64,000 nt of DNA from an uncultured bacterium (lineage in GTDB: Bacteria; Acidobacteriota; Thermoanaerobaculia; Multivoradales; JAHZIX01). Every line of letters begins with the position of its first letter. Positions within the stretch are counted from its first letter, which is position 1. Below the pieces are notes generated by a model. The model was not told the origin of the DNA. It saw only the letters and a list, made by a program, of their open reading frames with translations, and did no database searches. The position numbers and the translations under genes are program-made. Of the stretch, positions 1 through 10,534 are shown in pieces. Where the stretch lies: assembly GCA_965368975.1 (NCBI GenBank), contig CBDUPA010000001.1:96001-160000 (forward strand), in the 5' to 3' direction.

Positions 1-2121
1 TTGGAGCGCCGGCCCGAAGTGCTGCCTGTGTTGCTGGCCGCGCTGCGTGCGGGGATCGCCTATCTGCCGCTGGACCCCGACTGGCCGGTGCAGCGGGTGC
101 AAGAGATCCTCGCCGACGCGGGAGCCAGCCTATTGCTGACCAGCCGCCAGCGGCTCGCCCAGCTCGACCTGCCGGAGTCTGTACGACCGGTGGTTCTGGA
201 GTCGACCCAGGAGGCGGGTGCTGGTTGGTCGCTGCTCGAGGCACAAGGGAGCACGCGGCGGCTCGAGATCGTCGCCGGTGAGCCCAGCTACGAGCGTCCC
301 GACCCCGCGAGCCTGGCCTACATCATCTACACCTCCGGCACCACCGGCCGGCCGCGCGGCGTCATGGTGCACCGCGGTGCGCTCGACAACTTCGTGCGCG
401 ACGCGGCCAATGCTTTTGACGTGGGCCCGCAGGACCGAGTGCTGCAGTTCGCCTCGCTGGCGTTCGACGCGTCGGTGGAAGAGATCTTCCCGGCACTCAT
501 TCGCGGGTCCACACTGAGCCTGCGCGACGACGCCATGCTGGAGTCGCCGGCTGCCTTCCACGAGGCTTGCTACCGGCGCCACATTACCGTGCTCGACTTG
601 CCGACCGCCTGGTGGCACCGGCTGGTGGCCGCGGACCGCGGTCGTGTACCGGTGCCGAGCTGCGTGCGCCTGATCATCCTGGGCGGCGAGCGGGCGCGGC
701 CCGAACACGTCTTGTCCTGGCGCCGGCACGTCGGGGAGCGTGTGCGCCTGGTCAATACCTATGGGCCGACCGAGGCGACGGTCGTGGCGACGCGCGCTGA
801 ACTGACCGCCGCCGACGATGTCAGTGGCGCTGCCAGCGACGAACTGGCGGCTGGCGGCGAGGTGCCGATCGGCCGGCCGATCGCCAACGTGTGCGCCTAC
901 GTCCTCGACGCCGGGTTGCAGCCGCAGGAAGTCGGCATGCCGGGCGAGCTGTGCCTGGGCGGGGCCGGTGTCGCCCGCGGCTATCTGGGCTTGGCGAGCC
1001 GCACGGCGACATCATTCTTGCCTGACCCGTTCGCGGCCGAGATCGAAGAGGACAGCATCGGTTCTGCGTCCGGCGTCCTGACGGGAGCCGGCCTGGCCAT
1101 CGGTGCCCGCCTGTATCGCACCGGCGATCTGGTGCGATGGCAACCGTCGGGGCAGCTGGAGTTCCTCGGTCGCCTGGACCAGCAGATCAAGGTGCGCGGC
1201 TACCGTATCGAGCCGGACGAAGTTTCTCTGCGCCTGGAGATGCACCCGCAGGTGCACGAAGCCGCTGTCGTCGCCTTGCCCGATCCGCTGGCCGACAGCC
1301 CGGGCGAAGCACGGCTGGTGGCCTATGTCGTGTTCGCGTCGCAGGGCGCGACAGGCGAGCCAGCTTCGGACGGTCTCGACGAAGGGCGCTTGCGCACCTG
1401 GCTGCGCACGCAGCTGCCGGCCTACATGGAACCGGCCAGCTTCGTCGAGTTGGCGCAGCTGCCGCGCACCGCCGGAGGCAAGGTCGACCAGCGCGCGCTG
1501 CCAGCGCCGGACGAAGAGCCGGGAGAGCGCGGCAACTACGTGGCGCCGCGCAACGAGACGGAAGAAGCGGTCGCCGCCATCTTCTCGATGGTGCTGGGTG
1601 TCGAGCGTGTCGGCGCCTTTGACGACTTCTTCGCCCTCGGGGGCCACTCTCTGCTCGCCACCCAGCTGGTGGCGCAGGTCCGTGACGCCTTCGAGGTCGA
1701 CTTGCCGCTACGCCTGATGTTCGAGGCGCCGACCGTCGCGCGTTTGGCCGCCGAGATCGCCAGCCTGATCCTCGAGCAGTTGGAGCAGATGGACCTCGAG
1801 GAGCTGGAGCTGGACGCTTCTCCGGCCGAAGAGCCGTTGGCCGCCGAGCCGTCCGCTGACGAGCCGTTCGCTGACGAGCCGTCCGCTGAAGAGCCGTTCG
1901 CTGAAGAGTCCTTGATGGACGAGCCGCTGGCCGCCGAGACCCGCGGCGAGTCGGCTGTGGAGACACCCGCGGTGGACGACGCGGATTCCGCCCAAGTCGA
2001 CCTCTCGCAGCTGGAGCTCGCAGACCTGGATCTGTCGCAAGTAGACCTGGATCAGCTCGACGAAGACGAGCTGGCCGCCCTGGAAGAAGCTTTGCAGGAC
2101 GAACTGCAGGACGAACTATGA
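1..2121 (+). CDS. NRPS, 3' fragment: adenylation domain (Lys/basic-residue-like code), PCP and acidic C-terminal tail; 5' end outside window
   Basis: A-domain cores YIIYTSGTTGRPRG, FDASVEEIF, NTYGPTE, GELCLGGAGVARGYL, LYRTGDL, KVRGYRIE, GGKVD. PCP motif FFALGGHSLL. Manually read pocket code DAEDIGTVVK. Confidence 0.95.
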   Translation: MERRPEVLPVLLAALRAGIAYLPLDPDWPVQRVQEILADAGASLLLTSRQRLAQLDLPESVRPVVLESTQEAGAGWSLLEAQGSTRRLEIVAGEPSYERPDPASLAYIIYTSGTTGRPRGVMVHRGALDNFVRDAANAFDVGPQDRVLQFASLAFDASVEEIFPALIRGSTLSLRDDAMLESPAAFHEACYRRHITVLDLPTAWWHRLVAADRGRVPVPSCVRLIILGGERARPEHVLSWRRHVGERVRLVNTYGPTEATVVATRAELTAADDVSGAASDELAAGGEVPIGRPIANVCAYVLDAGLQPQEVGMPGELCLGGAGVARGYLGLASRTATSFLPDPFAAEIEEDSIGSASGVLTGAGLAIGARLYRTGDLVRWQPSGQLEFLGRLDQQIKVRGYRIEPDEVSLRLEMHPQVHEAAVVALPDPLADSPGEARLVAYVVFASQGATGEPASDGLDEGRLRTWLRTQLPAYMEPASFVELAQLPRTAGGKVDQRALPAPDEEPGERGNYVAPRNETEEAVAAIFSMVLGVERVGAFDDFFALGGHSLLATQLVAQVRDAFEVDLPLRLMFEAPTVARLAAEIASLILEQLEQMDLEELELDASPAEEPLAAEPSADEPFADEPSAEEPFAEESLMDEPLAAETRGESAVETPAVDDADSAQVDLSQLELADLDLSQVDLDQLDEDELAALEEALQDELQDEL
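1828..1938 (+). repeat. Degenerate 15-bp tandem repeat (~7 units) encoding EEPLA/AEPSA/DEPFA
   Basis: GAGCCGT(T/C)(C/G)GC(T/C)G..-type units at 15-nt period in the post-PCP tail. Confidence 0.85.
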
Positions 2122-2179
2122 GCCGATCCAGACTCGATGATGTGAGATGCAACCCGCAGACGAAGAAGGAACTGGTGCA

Positions 2180-5100
2180 ATGAGCCGAAACATGGAAGCA
2201 TTTTCTGATCTGGTCAGTCTGGGGCGTCATCGGGCCCAGCATCAGGCAGATCGCAAGGCCTATACATTCCTGGTCGACGGCGACGAAGAAGGTGCGTCGT
2301 ACGACTACGCCCAGCTCGACCTGCGCGCGCGGGCCATCGCCGCCCGTCTGCAGCAGATCGCCGAGCCGGGCGCCCGCGTGCTGTTGCTCTATCCGCCGGG
2401 TCTCGAAGTGCTGGCCGGCTTCTTGGGTTGCTTGTACGCCGGACTCGTTGCCATTCCGGCACCGCCACCCGACGGCGCGCGCCTGAAGCGCTCCTTACCG
2501 CGTCTGCAGTCGATCGTCGACGATTCCGGGGCCAGCATCCTGTGTACCACTGGCAACATCGACGAGCTGATCGACAAGCTCGGCGATCGCGTGCCGCAGT
2601 TCCAGCGCATGCAGCGCCTGGATACCGAAGCCCTGCCCAGCAGCCTGGCCGAAGCCTGGCGCATGCCCGACCTGCGTCCTGACTCCCTCGCCTACTTGCA
2701 GTACACCTCCGGCTCGACCTCCGCCGCCAAGGGTGTGATGATCAGCCATCGCAACGTGATGGCCAACCTGGCCTACAACCGCCAGCAGTGGCAGTACGAC
2801 GACAACAGCGTGGCGGTGACCTGGATGCCCTACTTTCACGACTACGGGCTGGTCGAGGGCTTACTACAGCCGCTGTTCTCGGGCATCCCCAGCTACGTCA
2901 TGTCGCCGCTCGCCTTCCTACGCCGGCCGCTGCGCTGGCTGGGTGCGATCGCCAAGTATCGCGCGACGCACAGCGCGGCGCCCAACTTCGGCTACGACCA
3001 CTGCGTGCAGCGCGCCAACGTCAAAGCCCTGGCCGGACTCGACCTGTCCAGCTGGCGCGTCGCCAGCACCGGTGCCGAGATGGTGCGCATCGCGACGCTA
3101 GAGCGCTTCGCCGACACCTTCAGCGTCTACGGTTTCCGCCCCGAAGCCTTCTTCCCCTCCTTCGGTCTCGCCGAGGCGACGTTGCTGTGCACCACCAAGC
3201 ACCGGCCCGAGCTGCCGCCGGCCTGCTTGCGCGTGCGCGCCCGGGCGCTCGAGCAGGGCTGGGTGGTGGCGGCTGGCGATAGTGACGAGCAGGCGTCGAG
3301 CGTGACGCTGGTCGGCTGTGGCACAGTCGGGCCCGGCGGGCTGCACGGCAGCGCGCGCATCGCCATCGTCGATCCCGAGACGCGCCGCCGCCGTTCAGCC
3401 GACGAGGTGGGCGAGATCTGGATCGGCGGTCCGTTCATCGCCGAGGGCTACTGGCAGAAGCCCGACCTGTCCGAGGAGACCTTCCGCGCCCGCCTGGCCG
3501 ACGATCCCGACGCTGGCACCTTCCTGCGCACCGGAGATCTCGGCTTTCTGCGCGACGACGAGCTGTACATTGTCAGCCGCATCAAGGACATGATCGTCAT
3601 CCGCGGCTACAACCACTATCCGCAGGACATCGAGGTGACGGTCGAGAATGCGCATCCGCTGCTGCGCACCAACTGCTCCGCCGTGTTCTCGGTCGAAGCC
3701 GATGGCGAGGAGCGCTTGGTGGTCGCCGCCGAGGTCGAACGCGGCTTCCGAGCCCAGCAGCTCGACGAGCTTGCCGACGCCATCCGCCAGGCGGTGCTGG
3801 AGAGCCACGAGTTGCAGGTCTATGCTCTGCGCCTGCTGCGGCGCGGCACGGTGCCCAAGACCTCCTCGGGCAAGGTGCAACGGCGCGCTGCCAAGGACGC
3901 CTTCCAGAAGGGCACGCTGGACGTGGTCGCCGAACTGACCGAGCGGGCCACCGAGGTGCGCTTCCCGACCGGCGATCTGACCGCCACCGGACCGTCCGAG
4001 AACTACACGACGCTGGTCGAACTGCTGCAGTACCAGGCGCGCCGCCATCCCGACCGCGTCGCCTACACGTTCCTCGAAGACGGCGAGCGCGAGGGCGACC
4101 GCATCACCTATGGCGAGCTCGACCGCGATGCCCGCTCGCTGGCGGCGTTGCTGCAGCAATTGGGGCAGCCGGGTGAGCGCGCGCTGCTGGTCTATCCCAA
4201 CGGTATCGAGTTCCTGGTCGCCTTCTTCGGTAGCCTCTATGCCGGCTTCACCGCCGTGCCGGCGCCGCCCCCCGAGGGCATCCGCCTGCAGCGCACGCTG
4301 CCGCGCCTGGAGGCGATCGCCAAGAACGCCGAACCGGTGGTCGTGCTGACCACTGCCCGCATCCTGGGCATGATCGACCAGTTCCTGGCCCACTCGCCGG
4401 CGCTCGAATCGGCGCGCTGGATCGCCACCAACTCGCTGGAAGCCGATCTGTCCAGCCAGTGGCAAGATCTGCGCGTGCGGCCAAGCAATCTGGCGGTGCT
4501 GCAGTACACGTCCGGCTCTACCGGCACGCCGCGCGGTGTCATGGTCAGCCACCGCAAGATCTTGCGCCACTGTGCCTTCATCGCCAGCGGCCTGGGCTAC
4601 GACGAAACCAGCGTCGAGTTGACCTGGGTCCCCAACTTCCACGACTACGGCCTGATGGAAGGCCTGCTGCAGCCCATGTACCAGGGCAGCCAGGGCCTCA
4701 TCATGGCGCCGCAGGACTTCATCCAGCACCCCGATCGCTGGCTGCGCGCGCTCAGCAAATTCCGCGTCACAAATAGTGGCGGCCCCAACTTCGCCTACGA
4801 GCTGGCGCTGGCCAGGACGCGTCCCGAGCAGCTCGAAGGCATCGACCTGAGCGGCATTCGCTCGCTGATCAACGCCGCCGAGCCGGTGCATGCCGAAACG
4901 ATGAAGAGGTTCTACGAGCGCTTCAAGGACCACGGCCTGCGCTGGCAGGCGCTGTTCCCGGCCTTCGGTCTGGCCGAGGCGACACTGGTGGTGACCGGCA
5001 AGGGACCGCAGGCCGATGGCCCGATCTTGACCCACGTCGAAGTCGAGCCCCTGGAGAAGGAAGGGCGCATCGTCGAGGCCGACGAGCCGAGCGACAGCAC

Positions 5101-8100
5101 GCGCACCTTCGTTGGCTGCGGCCGGCCGGTGCTCAACACCAAGGTGGTGATCGTCGACGCCGAGACGCAGACGCGCCGCGGTGACGACCGTGTAGGCGAG
5201 ATCTGGGTTTCGTCGTCGTCGATCCCGCGCGGCTACTGGCGCAATGCGGGAGCCACCGCCGAGACCTTCCAGGCCTACCTGGAGGACACCGGCGAAGGGC
5301 CGTTCCTGCGCACCGGCGACCTCGGTTTTCTGCGCCATGGAGAGCTGCACATCACCGGCCGTCTCAAGGATCTGATCATCATCCGCGGCCAGAACTACTA
5401 TCCGTCGGACATCGAGTGGACGCTCGAACACAGCCACCAGAACCTGCGGCCCGGCTGCTCGGCGGCCTTCTCGGTCGAGGCCGGCGGCGAGGAGCGCCTG
5501 GTGGTGATGGCCGAGGTGCGGCGCTGGCAGGAAGAGAGCGGCGAGCGCGTCGATCTCGATCCAGTGATCCAGGCGATTCGCGAAGAGGTGGTGGCGACCC
5601 ACGGCGTCGAGGTGTTCGCGGTCGAGCTGATCAAGGCGCGTGAGCTGATCAAGACATCGAGCGGCAAGATCGCCCGCGCCGCCTGCAAGCGCGCCTTCCT
5701 GGAAGGCACTGCCGACATGGTGCAGCGCTGGACGCAGGCTTTCGAGAGCGTCCGCCGGCAGAGCCAGGAAGAGCAGCGCGAACTGCTGCAGCGCCTGGAA
5801 CAGGCCGCCGCCGACGACGCCGCGCGCGCCGAGGCGAGCCAGCCGGCGAGTGGCAGCGAGGCCCAGATCCGCGCCTGGCTGGTGCAGCGCCTGGCGGCCC
5901 TGCTGCAGGTCGACGCCGCGGCGATCGACGTCACCGCGCCGTTCGCACGCTACGGCATGGACTCGGCGCGCTCGGTCAGCCTCTCCGGTGAGCTCGAAGA
6001 CTGGCTGAGCCGGCGCCTGCCGACCACCTTGCTGTACCAGTATCCGACGGTCGAGGCGCTGAGCCGCCACCTGGCTGGTGGCGACGCGGTGACTGCCGCC
6101 GCCAGCCGCGTCGCGGTGCGGGCCTCGCAGCACGAGCCGGTGGCCATCGTCGGCGTCGGCTGTCGCTTCCCCGGAGCCACCGGGCCAGACGCCTACTGGC
6201 GCCTGCTGTCCGAGGGCGTCGATGCGATCTCCGAGGTGCCGGCCGAGCGCTGGGACCTGGAGCGCCTCTACAACGCCGACCTGCAACCCGGCAAGATGAC
6301 CACCCGCTGGGGCGGGTTCCTCGACGATGTCGCCGGCTTCGACGCCTACTTCTTCGGCATCTCACCGCGCGAGGCGGTGCGCGTCGATCCGCAGCAGCGC
6401 TTGCTCCTGGAGGTCGCCTGGGAAGCGCTGGAGAACGCCGGCCTGGCCGCGGACCGCCTGGCCGGCAGCGACGCCAGCGTCTTCGTCGGCATCTCGCTCT
6501 CGGACTACGGCCTGCTACAACTGTCCGCCGGCCGCGATCGTCTGAACGCCTACACCGGCACCGGCACCGCGTTGTCGATCGCCGCGAACCGTCTCTCCTA
6601 CCAGCTCGACTTCCATGGTCCCAGTGTCGCCATCGATACCGCCTGCTCGTCGTCGCTGGTCGCGGTCCACCAGGCGGTGCAGGCACTGCGTCGCGGCGAG
6701 ACCAGCCTGGCGCTGGCCGGCGGCGTCAACCTGATGCTGTTGCCGGAGTGGCACATCACCTTCTCGCAGGCACAGATGATGGCTGCCGACGGCCGCTGCA
6801 AGACCTTCGACGCCAGCGCCGATGGCTATGTGCGCGGCGAAGGTTGCGGCCTGGTGGTGCTCAAGCGCCTGTCCGACGCGCACCGCGATGGCGACCCGAT
6901 CCTGGCTGTCGTTGCCGGTTCGGCGGTCAACCAGGACGGCCGTAGCAACGGCCTGTCGGCACCCAACGGCCTGGCGCAGCAGCAAGTCGTGCTGCAGGCG
7001 CTGCAAGACGCGCGGGTGAAGCCGGCGGATATCGACTACGTCGAGGCCCACGGCACCGGTACCGCGCTCGGTGATCCGATCGAAGTGCAGGCCCTGGGAG
7101 CCGTGCTGAGCGACGAACGCAGCCCTGAGCGTCCGGTCCTGCTCGGCTCGGCCAAGACCAACATTGGCCATCTCGAATCGGCTGCCGGCATTGCCGGTCT
7201 GATCAAGGTCGTGCTGTCACTGCAGCACCAGAAGCTGCCGCCGCACCTGCACTTCCGCCAACCCAACCCACACATTCCGTGGGATGATCTGCCGGTGCGC
7301 GTCACCGCCAGCGGCAGCGGCTGGACGCGCGGCGAGCGTCGCCGGGTGGCCGGCGTCAGCTCCTTTGGCTTCGGCGGCACCAACAGTCACGTCATCGTCG
7401 CCGAGGCTCCGGCGTCGGACGCCCGCGCGCAGACCCCGTCCTCGAGTCCGCGACCGCTGCAACTGCTGTGCCTGTCGGCACGCAGTGAAGGCGCCCTGCG
7501 CAAGCTCGCCGAGCGCTACGGCCGCTGGCTCGACGGCCATCCCGAGGCGTCGCTGGTCGACGTGTGCTACACGGCGCACACCGGCCGCGCGGCGCTGCCG
7601 TACCGCCTGGCGGTGACCGCAGCCGATGCGGCCTCGATGGCGGCGCAGCTGCGTGCTTTCGCCGACGCCAGCTCCGATCCGGAGCTGACCGCTGGCGTGC
7701 AGTTCGCCGGGCCGGCACCGCAGGAAGCGCCGAAAGTCGGCTTCCTGCTCAGCGGCCAGGGCAGTCAGTACGCCGGCATGGGCGCGCAGCTCTACGCCAC
7801 GCAGGCGGATTTCCGCGCCGCCTTCGACCAGGCGGCCGAGCTGCTCGGTCAGGCGATGTCGCTGCCGCGCTCGCTCGCCGACGTGGTCTTTGATCGCGGC
7901 GGCAACCCGAACGAGAGCGGCCAGTTGGTGACCACGGCCAACACCGACTTGCTGGCGCGCACCGACGTGACGCAGCCCGCCTTGTTCGCCCTCGAATGGG
8001 CGCTGGCCAAGCTCTGGGCGTCGTGGGGTATCGAGCCGGACGCGTTGCTCGGTCACAGCGTTGGTGAGTACGTCGGTGCCAGCCTGGCCGGCGCGCTGCC

Positions 8101-10486
8101 GATCGACGATGCGCTACCGCTGATCGCAACCCGTGGACGCCTGTTCGGGGCACTGCCGGCCGGCGGCGCGATGGCCGCCGCCTTCGCCTCCGAGGCGCAG
8201 GTGAAGCCGGTCGTCGAAGTCTACGGAGAGCGGCTGGCGATTGCCGCGGTCAATGGTCCGGCCAGCGTCACCATCTCGGGGCATGCCGACGCGGTGACCC
8301 AGGCGCGCCAGCAGTTGGAAGCGGCCGGCATCGAGACGCGGCCGATGAGCGTCTCGCACGCCTTCCACTCGGTGCTGCTCGAACCGGCGCTCGACGACTT
8401 CGAACAAGCGGCGCGCCGCCTGCGCGTGACGCCGCCCAATCGCCTGCTGGTGTCCAACGTCAGTGGTGACGTCTTCGGCGCTGGCGAGCTGCCCGATGCC
8501 GCCTACTGGCGTCGCCATGCCCGCTCGCCGGTGCGCTTCGCCGATGGCGTTGCGACACTGCGCCGCCTGGGCTGCGACGTGCTGCTGGAAGTCGGTCCGC
8601 ACCCGGCGCTGGCGGGCATGGCCAAGCGCTGCTTGCAGGCGGGTGAGGCCGTTCTACTCCCTAGCCTCAAGCGCAAGCAGGACGACTGGCAGATCGTGCT
8701 GCGCAGCCTCGGCGCGCTCTTCCTGCACGGTGTCGAGATCGACTGGCAAGGCTTCCATCGCCACGACCAGGCGCGCCGCATCGCGCTGCCGACCTATGCC
8801 TTCGAGCACCAGCGCTACTGGCTCGAAGCGCTGCCCGCCAACGCCTTCGAGGCGCGTCGCGAAGCCGCCGCGGCAGCCACCGGCAGCGGTTCGACGGTGA
8901 CCGACGCGGCGGCGGCGGTGCGCGCCGAGAGCGCGGCCATGGGTGCCCCGATGCAGGTACCGATGCAGGGCACCGCGGTCCAAGAAGTCGCGGCGGCCGA
9001 CGCCAAGCTCGAGCTGGCGCCCGAGGACGACGTGCTGCGGCGTTACTACCAGAGCCTGTCCGCCAGCTCGACCTACAGCGGGGAAGAAGGCGAGGCCGAG
9101 GCCTACCTGCACTTCGCCCCCTTCCTGGAGCCGGATCCCAACTTCTCGTGGACGGTGGTGCTGGCCGAGCCCGACAAGCACCCGATCGACGCCCAGCGGG
9201 TACGCGACAACGATGAAGAGATGCGGCGCGTGATGTTCTGCGGCGTCGACTTCTCGCGCGTGCGCCGGGTGCTCGACTTCGGCTGCGGCTACGGCACCGA
9301 CCTGATCGACCTGGCCAAGCAGCACGCGCACCTGCACCTCGACGGCTTCACCATCTCGCCCGAGCAGGTGGCCATCGGTCGCCGTCGCGCCGAGCGCATG
9401 GGCTTCTCCGATCGCCTGCGCTTCTTCAACTGCGACAGCACCAAGGACGAGTTCCCGGAGAGCTACCAGCTGATCCTCGGCTCGCAGGTGCTGCACCACA
9501 TCCGTGAAAAGCAGAAGGCGCTGGCCAACATCAGCCGTCACCTGGAGCCGGGCGGCCTGCTGGTGCTCGCCGAAGTGCTGTCGAACGTCGAAGGCTCGAT
9601 CGATCACGACGAGTCCTCGGCCCACTTCACGCCGCTGTCGCAGTGGGCCGAGCAACTCGCCGACCACGGCTTGCGCCTGCTCGAAGGTGTCGACGTGTCG
9701 CGCGAGATCGGCATCTTCCTTGACGATCCGCGCTTCGACGAGCACATGCAGCGCTATGCCGCCGAGGGCATGGAAGAGATGAAGATGGCTCACCTGGAAG
9801 GGCCGCAGCATCTCGGCAAGCTGCTGCGCAAGGGCCTGGCGCTGTATGGCCTGCTGACAGCGCAGCGCGATCCCTTCCTCGATCGCGACACCTTGCTGCG
9901 TCTCAACCGCGAAGCCTTCGCCCGCCTGGTGCCGTATCCGAAGGCGCTAGTCGACCTGGGAGCGGTGGCGCCCGAGCAGGCGGCAGCGGTGGTGCCAGCC
10001 GCCGCCCCGGTGGCGCGCGCCCCGGAGGTCGCGGCCATTCTCGACGCCACCGACGAGGACGAGCGGCGCACCCAGGTCGAAGGCTACCTGCGCACGCACG
10101 TCGCCCGAGTGCTGGAGCTGCCGCCATCGCAGGTCGAGGTGGCGACGCCGTTCACTCAGCTTGGCCTCGACTCGCTGATGGGCCTGGAACTGAAGAAGGC
10201 GATCGAGAGCGACTTCAACGTCGTCATCCCGGTGGTCAAGTTCTTCGAGGGGGTCGGCGTGCGGCAGCTGACGGACGAGCTGACCCGCCAGCTCGGTGAA
10301 GCCGCCCAGGCTCCCGCGGCCCCGGACGCCGGTGCGCTCGACGCGTCGCTCGAGGGGCAGCTTGGAGGTCAACTCGGTGGGCATCTCGATGCCCGCTCCG
10401 CCGAGAACCTGGCGGCACGGGTCGACCAGCTGAGCGACGAGCAGGTCGAAGCCCTGCTGGGCCAGCTGGCGAAGGAAAACAACTAG
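2180..10486 (+). CDS. Type I PKS loading/extension protein: FAAL-FAAL-ACP-KS-AT(malonyl)-O-methyltransferase-ACP
   Basis: Two acyl-AMP ligase domains ([13 protein letters not shown]...PKTSSGK, ~2200-3930; [13 protein letters not shown]...IKTSSGK, ~4000-5735). [64 protein letters not shown] 2180 follows AAGGA (ORF track starts at 2147). Confidence 0.93.
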   Translation: MSRNMEAFSDLVSLGRHRAQHQADRKAYTFLVDGDEEGASYDYAQLDLRARAIAARLQQIAEPGARVLLLYPPGLEVLAGFLGCLYAGLVAIPAPPPDGARLKRSLPRLQSIVDDSGASILCTTGNIDELIDKLGDRVPQFQRMQRLDTEALPSSLAEAWRMPDLRPDSLAYLQYTSGSTSAAKGVMISHRNVMANLAYNRQQWQYDDNSVAVTWMPYFHDYGLVEGLLQPLFSGIPSYVMSPLAFLRRPLRWLGAIAKYRATHSAAPNFGYDHCVQRANVKALAGLDLSSWRVASTGAEMVRIATLERFADTFSVYGFRPEAFFPSFGLAEATLLCTTKHRPELPPACLRVRARALEQGWVVAAGDSDEQASSVTLVGCGTVGPGGLHGSARIAIVDPETRRRRSADEVGEIWIGGPFIAEGYWQKPDLSEETFRARLADDPDAGTFLRTGDLGFLRDDELYIVSRIKDMIVIRGYNHYPQDIEVTVENAHPLLRTNCSAVFSVEADGEERLVVAAEVERGFRAQQLDELADAIRQAVLESHELQVYALRLLRRGTVPKTSSGKVQRRAAKDAFQKGTLDVVAELTERATEVRFPTGDLTATGPSENYTTLVELLQYQARRHPDRVAYTFLEDGEREGDRITYGELDRDARSLAALLQQLGQPGERALLVYPNGIEFLVAFFGSLYAGFTAVPAPPPEGIRLQRTLPRLEAIAKNAEPVVVLTTARILGMIDQFLAHSPALESARWIATNSLEADLSSQWQDLRVRPSNLAVLQYTSGSTGTPRGVMVSHRKILRHCAFIASGLGYDETSVELTWVPNFHDYGLMEGLLQPMYQGSQGLIMAPQDFIQHPDRWLRALSKFRVTNSGGPNFAYELALARTRPEQLEGIDLSGIRSLINAAEPVHAETMKRFYERFKDHGLRWQALFPAFGLAEATLVVTGKGPQADGPILTHVEVEPLEKEGRIVEADEPSDSTRTFVGCGRPVLNTKVVIVDAETQTRRGDDRVGEIWVSSSSIPRGYWRNAGATAETFQAYLEDTGEGPFLRTGDLGFLRHGELHITGRLKDLIIIRGQNYYPSDIEWTLEHSHQNLRPGCSAAFSVEAGGEERLVVMAEVRRWQEESGERVDLDPVIQAIREEVVATHGVEVFAVELIKARELIKTSSGKIARAACKRAFLEGTADMVQRWTQAFESVRRQSQEEQRELLQRLEQAAADDAARAEASQPASGSEAQIRAWLVQRLAALLQVDAAAIDVTAPFARYGMDSARSVSLSGELEDWLSRRLPTTLLYQYPTVEALSRHLAGGDAVTAAASRVAVRASQHEPVAIVGVGCRFPGATGPDAYWRLLSEGVDAISEVPAERWDLERLYNADLQPGKMTTRWGGFLDDVAGFDAYFFGISPREAVRVDPQQRLLLEVAWEALENAGLAADRLAGSDASVFVGISLSDYGLLQLSAGRDRLNAYTGTGTALSIAANRLSYQLDFHGPSVAIDTACSSSLVAVHQAVQALRRGETSLALAGGVNLMLLPEWHITFSQAQMMAADGRCKTFDASADGYVRGEGCGLVVLKRLSDAHRDGDPILAVVAGSAVNQDGRSNGLSAPNGLAQQQVVLQALQDARVKPADIDYVEAHGTGTALGDPIEVQALGAVLSDERSPERPVLLGSAKTNIGHLESAAGIAGLIKVVLSLQHQKLPPHLHFRQPNPHIPWDDLPVRVTASGSGWTRGERRRVAGVSSFGFGGTNSHVIVAEAPASDARAQTPSSSPRPLQLLCLSARSEGALRKLAERYGRWLDGHPEASLVDVCYTAHTGRAALPYRLAVTAADAASMAAQLRAFADASSDPELTAGVQFAGPAPQEAPKVGFLLSGQGSQYAGMGAQLYATQADFRAAFDQAAELLGQAMSLPRSLADVVFDRGGNPNESGQLVTTANTDLLARTDVTQPALFALEWALAKLWASWGIEPDALLGHSVGEYVGASLAGALPIDDALPLIATRGRLFGALPAGGAMAAAFASEAQVKPVVEVYGERLAIAAVNGPASVTISGHADAVTQARQQLEAAGIETRPMSVSHAFHSVLLEPALDDFEQAARRLRVTPPNRLLVSNVSGDVFGAGELPDAAYWRRHARSPVRFADGVATLRRLGCDVLLEVGPHPALAGMAKRCLQAGEAVLLPSLKRKQDDWQIVLRSLGALFLHGVEIDWQGFHRHDQARRIALPTYAFEHQRYWLEALPANAFEARREAAAAATGSGSTVTDAAAAVRAESAAMGAPMQVPMQGTAVQEVAAADAKLELAPEDDVLRRYYQSLSASSTYSGEEGEAEAYLHFAPFLEPDPNFSWTVVLAEPDKHPIDAQRVRDNDEEMRRVMFCGVDFSRVRRVLDFGCGYGTDLIDLAKQHAHLHLDGFTISPEQVAIGRRRAERMGFSDRLRFFNCDSTKDEFPESYQLILGSQVLHHIREKQKALANISRHLEPGGLLVLAEVLSNVEGSIDHDESSAHFTPLSQWAEQLADHGLRLLEGVDVSREIGIFLDDPRFDEHMQRYAAEGMEEMKMAHLEGPQHLGKLLRKGLALYGLLTAQRDPFLDRDTLLRLNREAFARLVPYPKALVDLGAVAPEQAAAVVPAAAPVARAPEVAAILDATDEDERRTQVEGYLRTHVARVLELPPSQVEVATPFTQLGLDSLMGLELKKAIESDFNVVIPVVKFFEGVGVRQLTDELTRQLGEAAQAPAAPDAGALDASLEGQLGGQLGGHLDARSAENLAARVDQLSDEQVEALLGQLAKENN

Positions 10487-10534
10487 ATACACCGTCCGAT
10501 GCTTGATTTGTCCTGTCTTGGAGGAGGTAGACCC

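Noticed and set aside
1828-1938. Repeat array considered as a CRISPR
   Set aside because: 15-bp in-frame units with no unique spacers and no cas genes.
3395-6286. Long antisense ORFs opposite the synthase genes (e.g. 963 aa here, 667 aa at 9947-11950, 563 aa at 60879-62570)
   Set aside because: Shadow frames typical of high-GC3 coding DNA. No motifs, and fully overlapped by well-supported genes.
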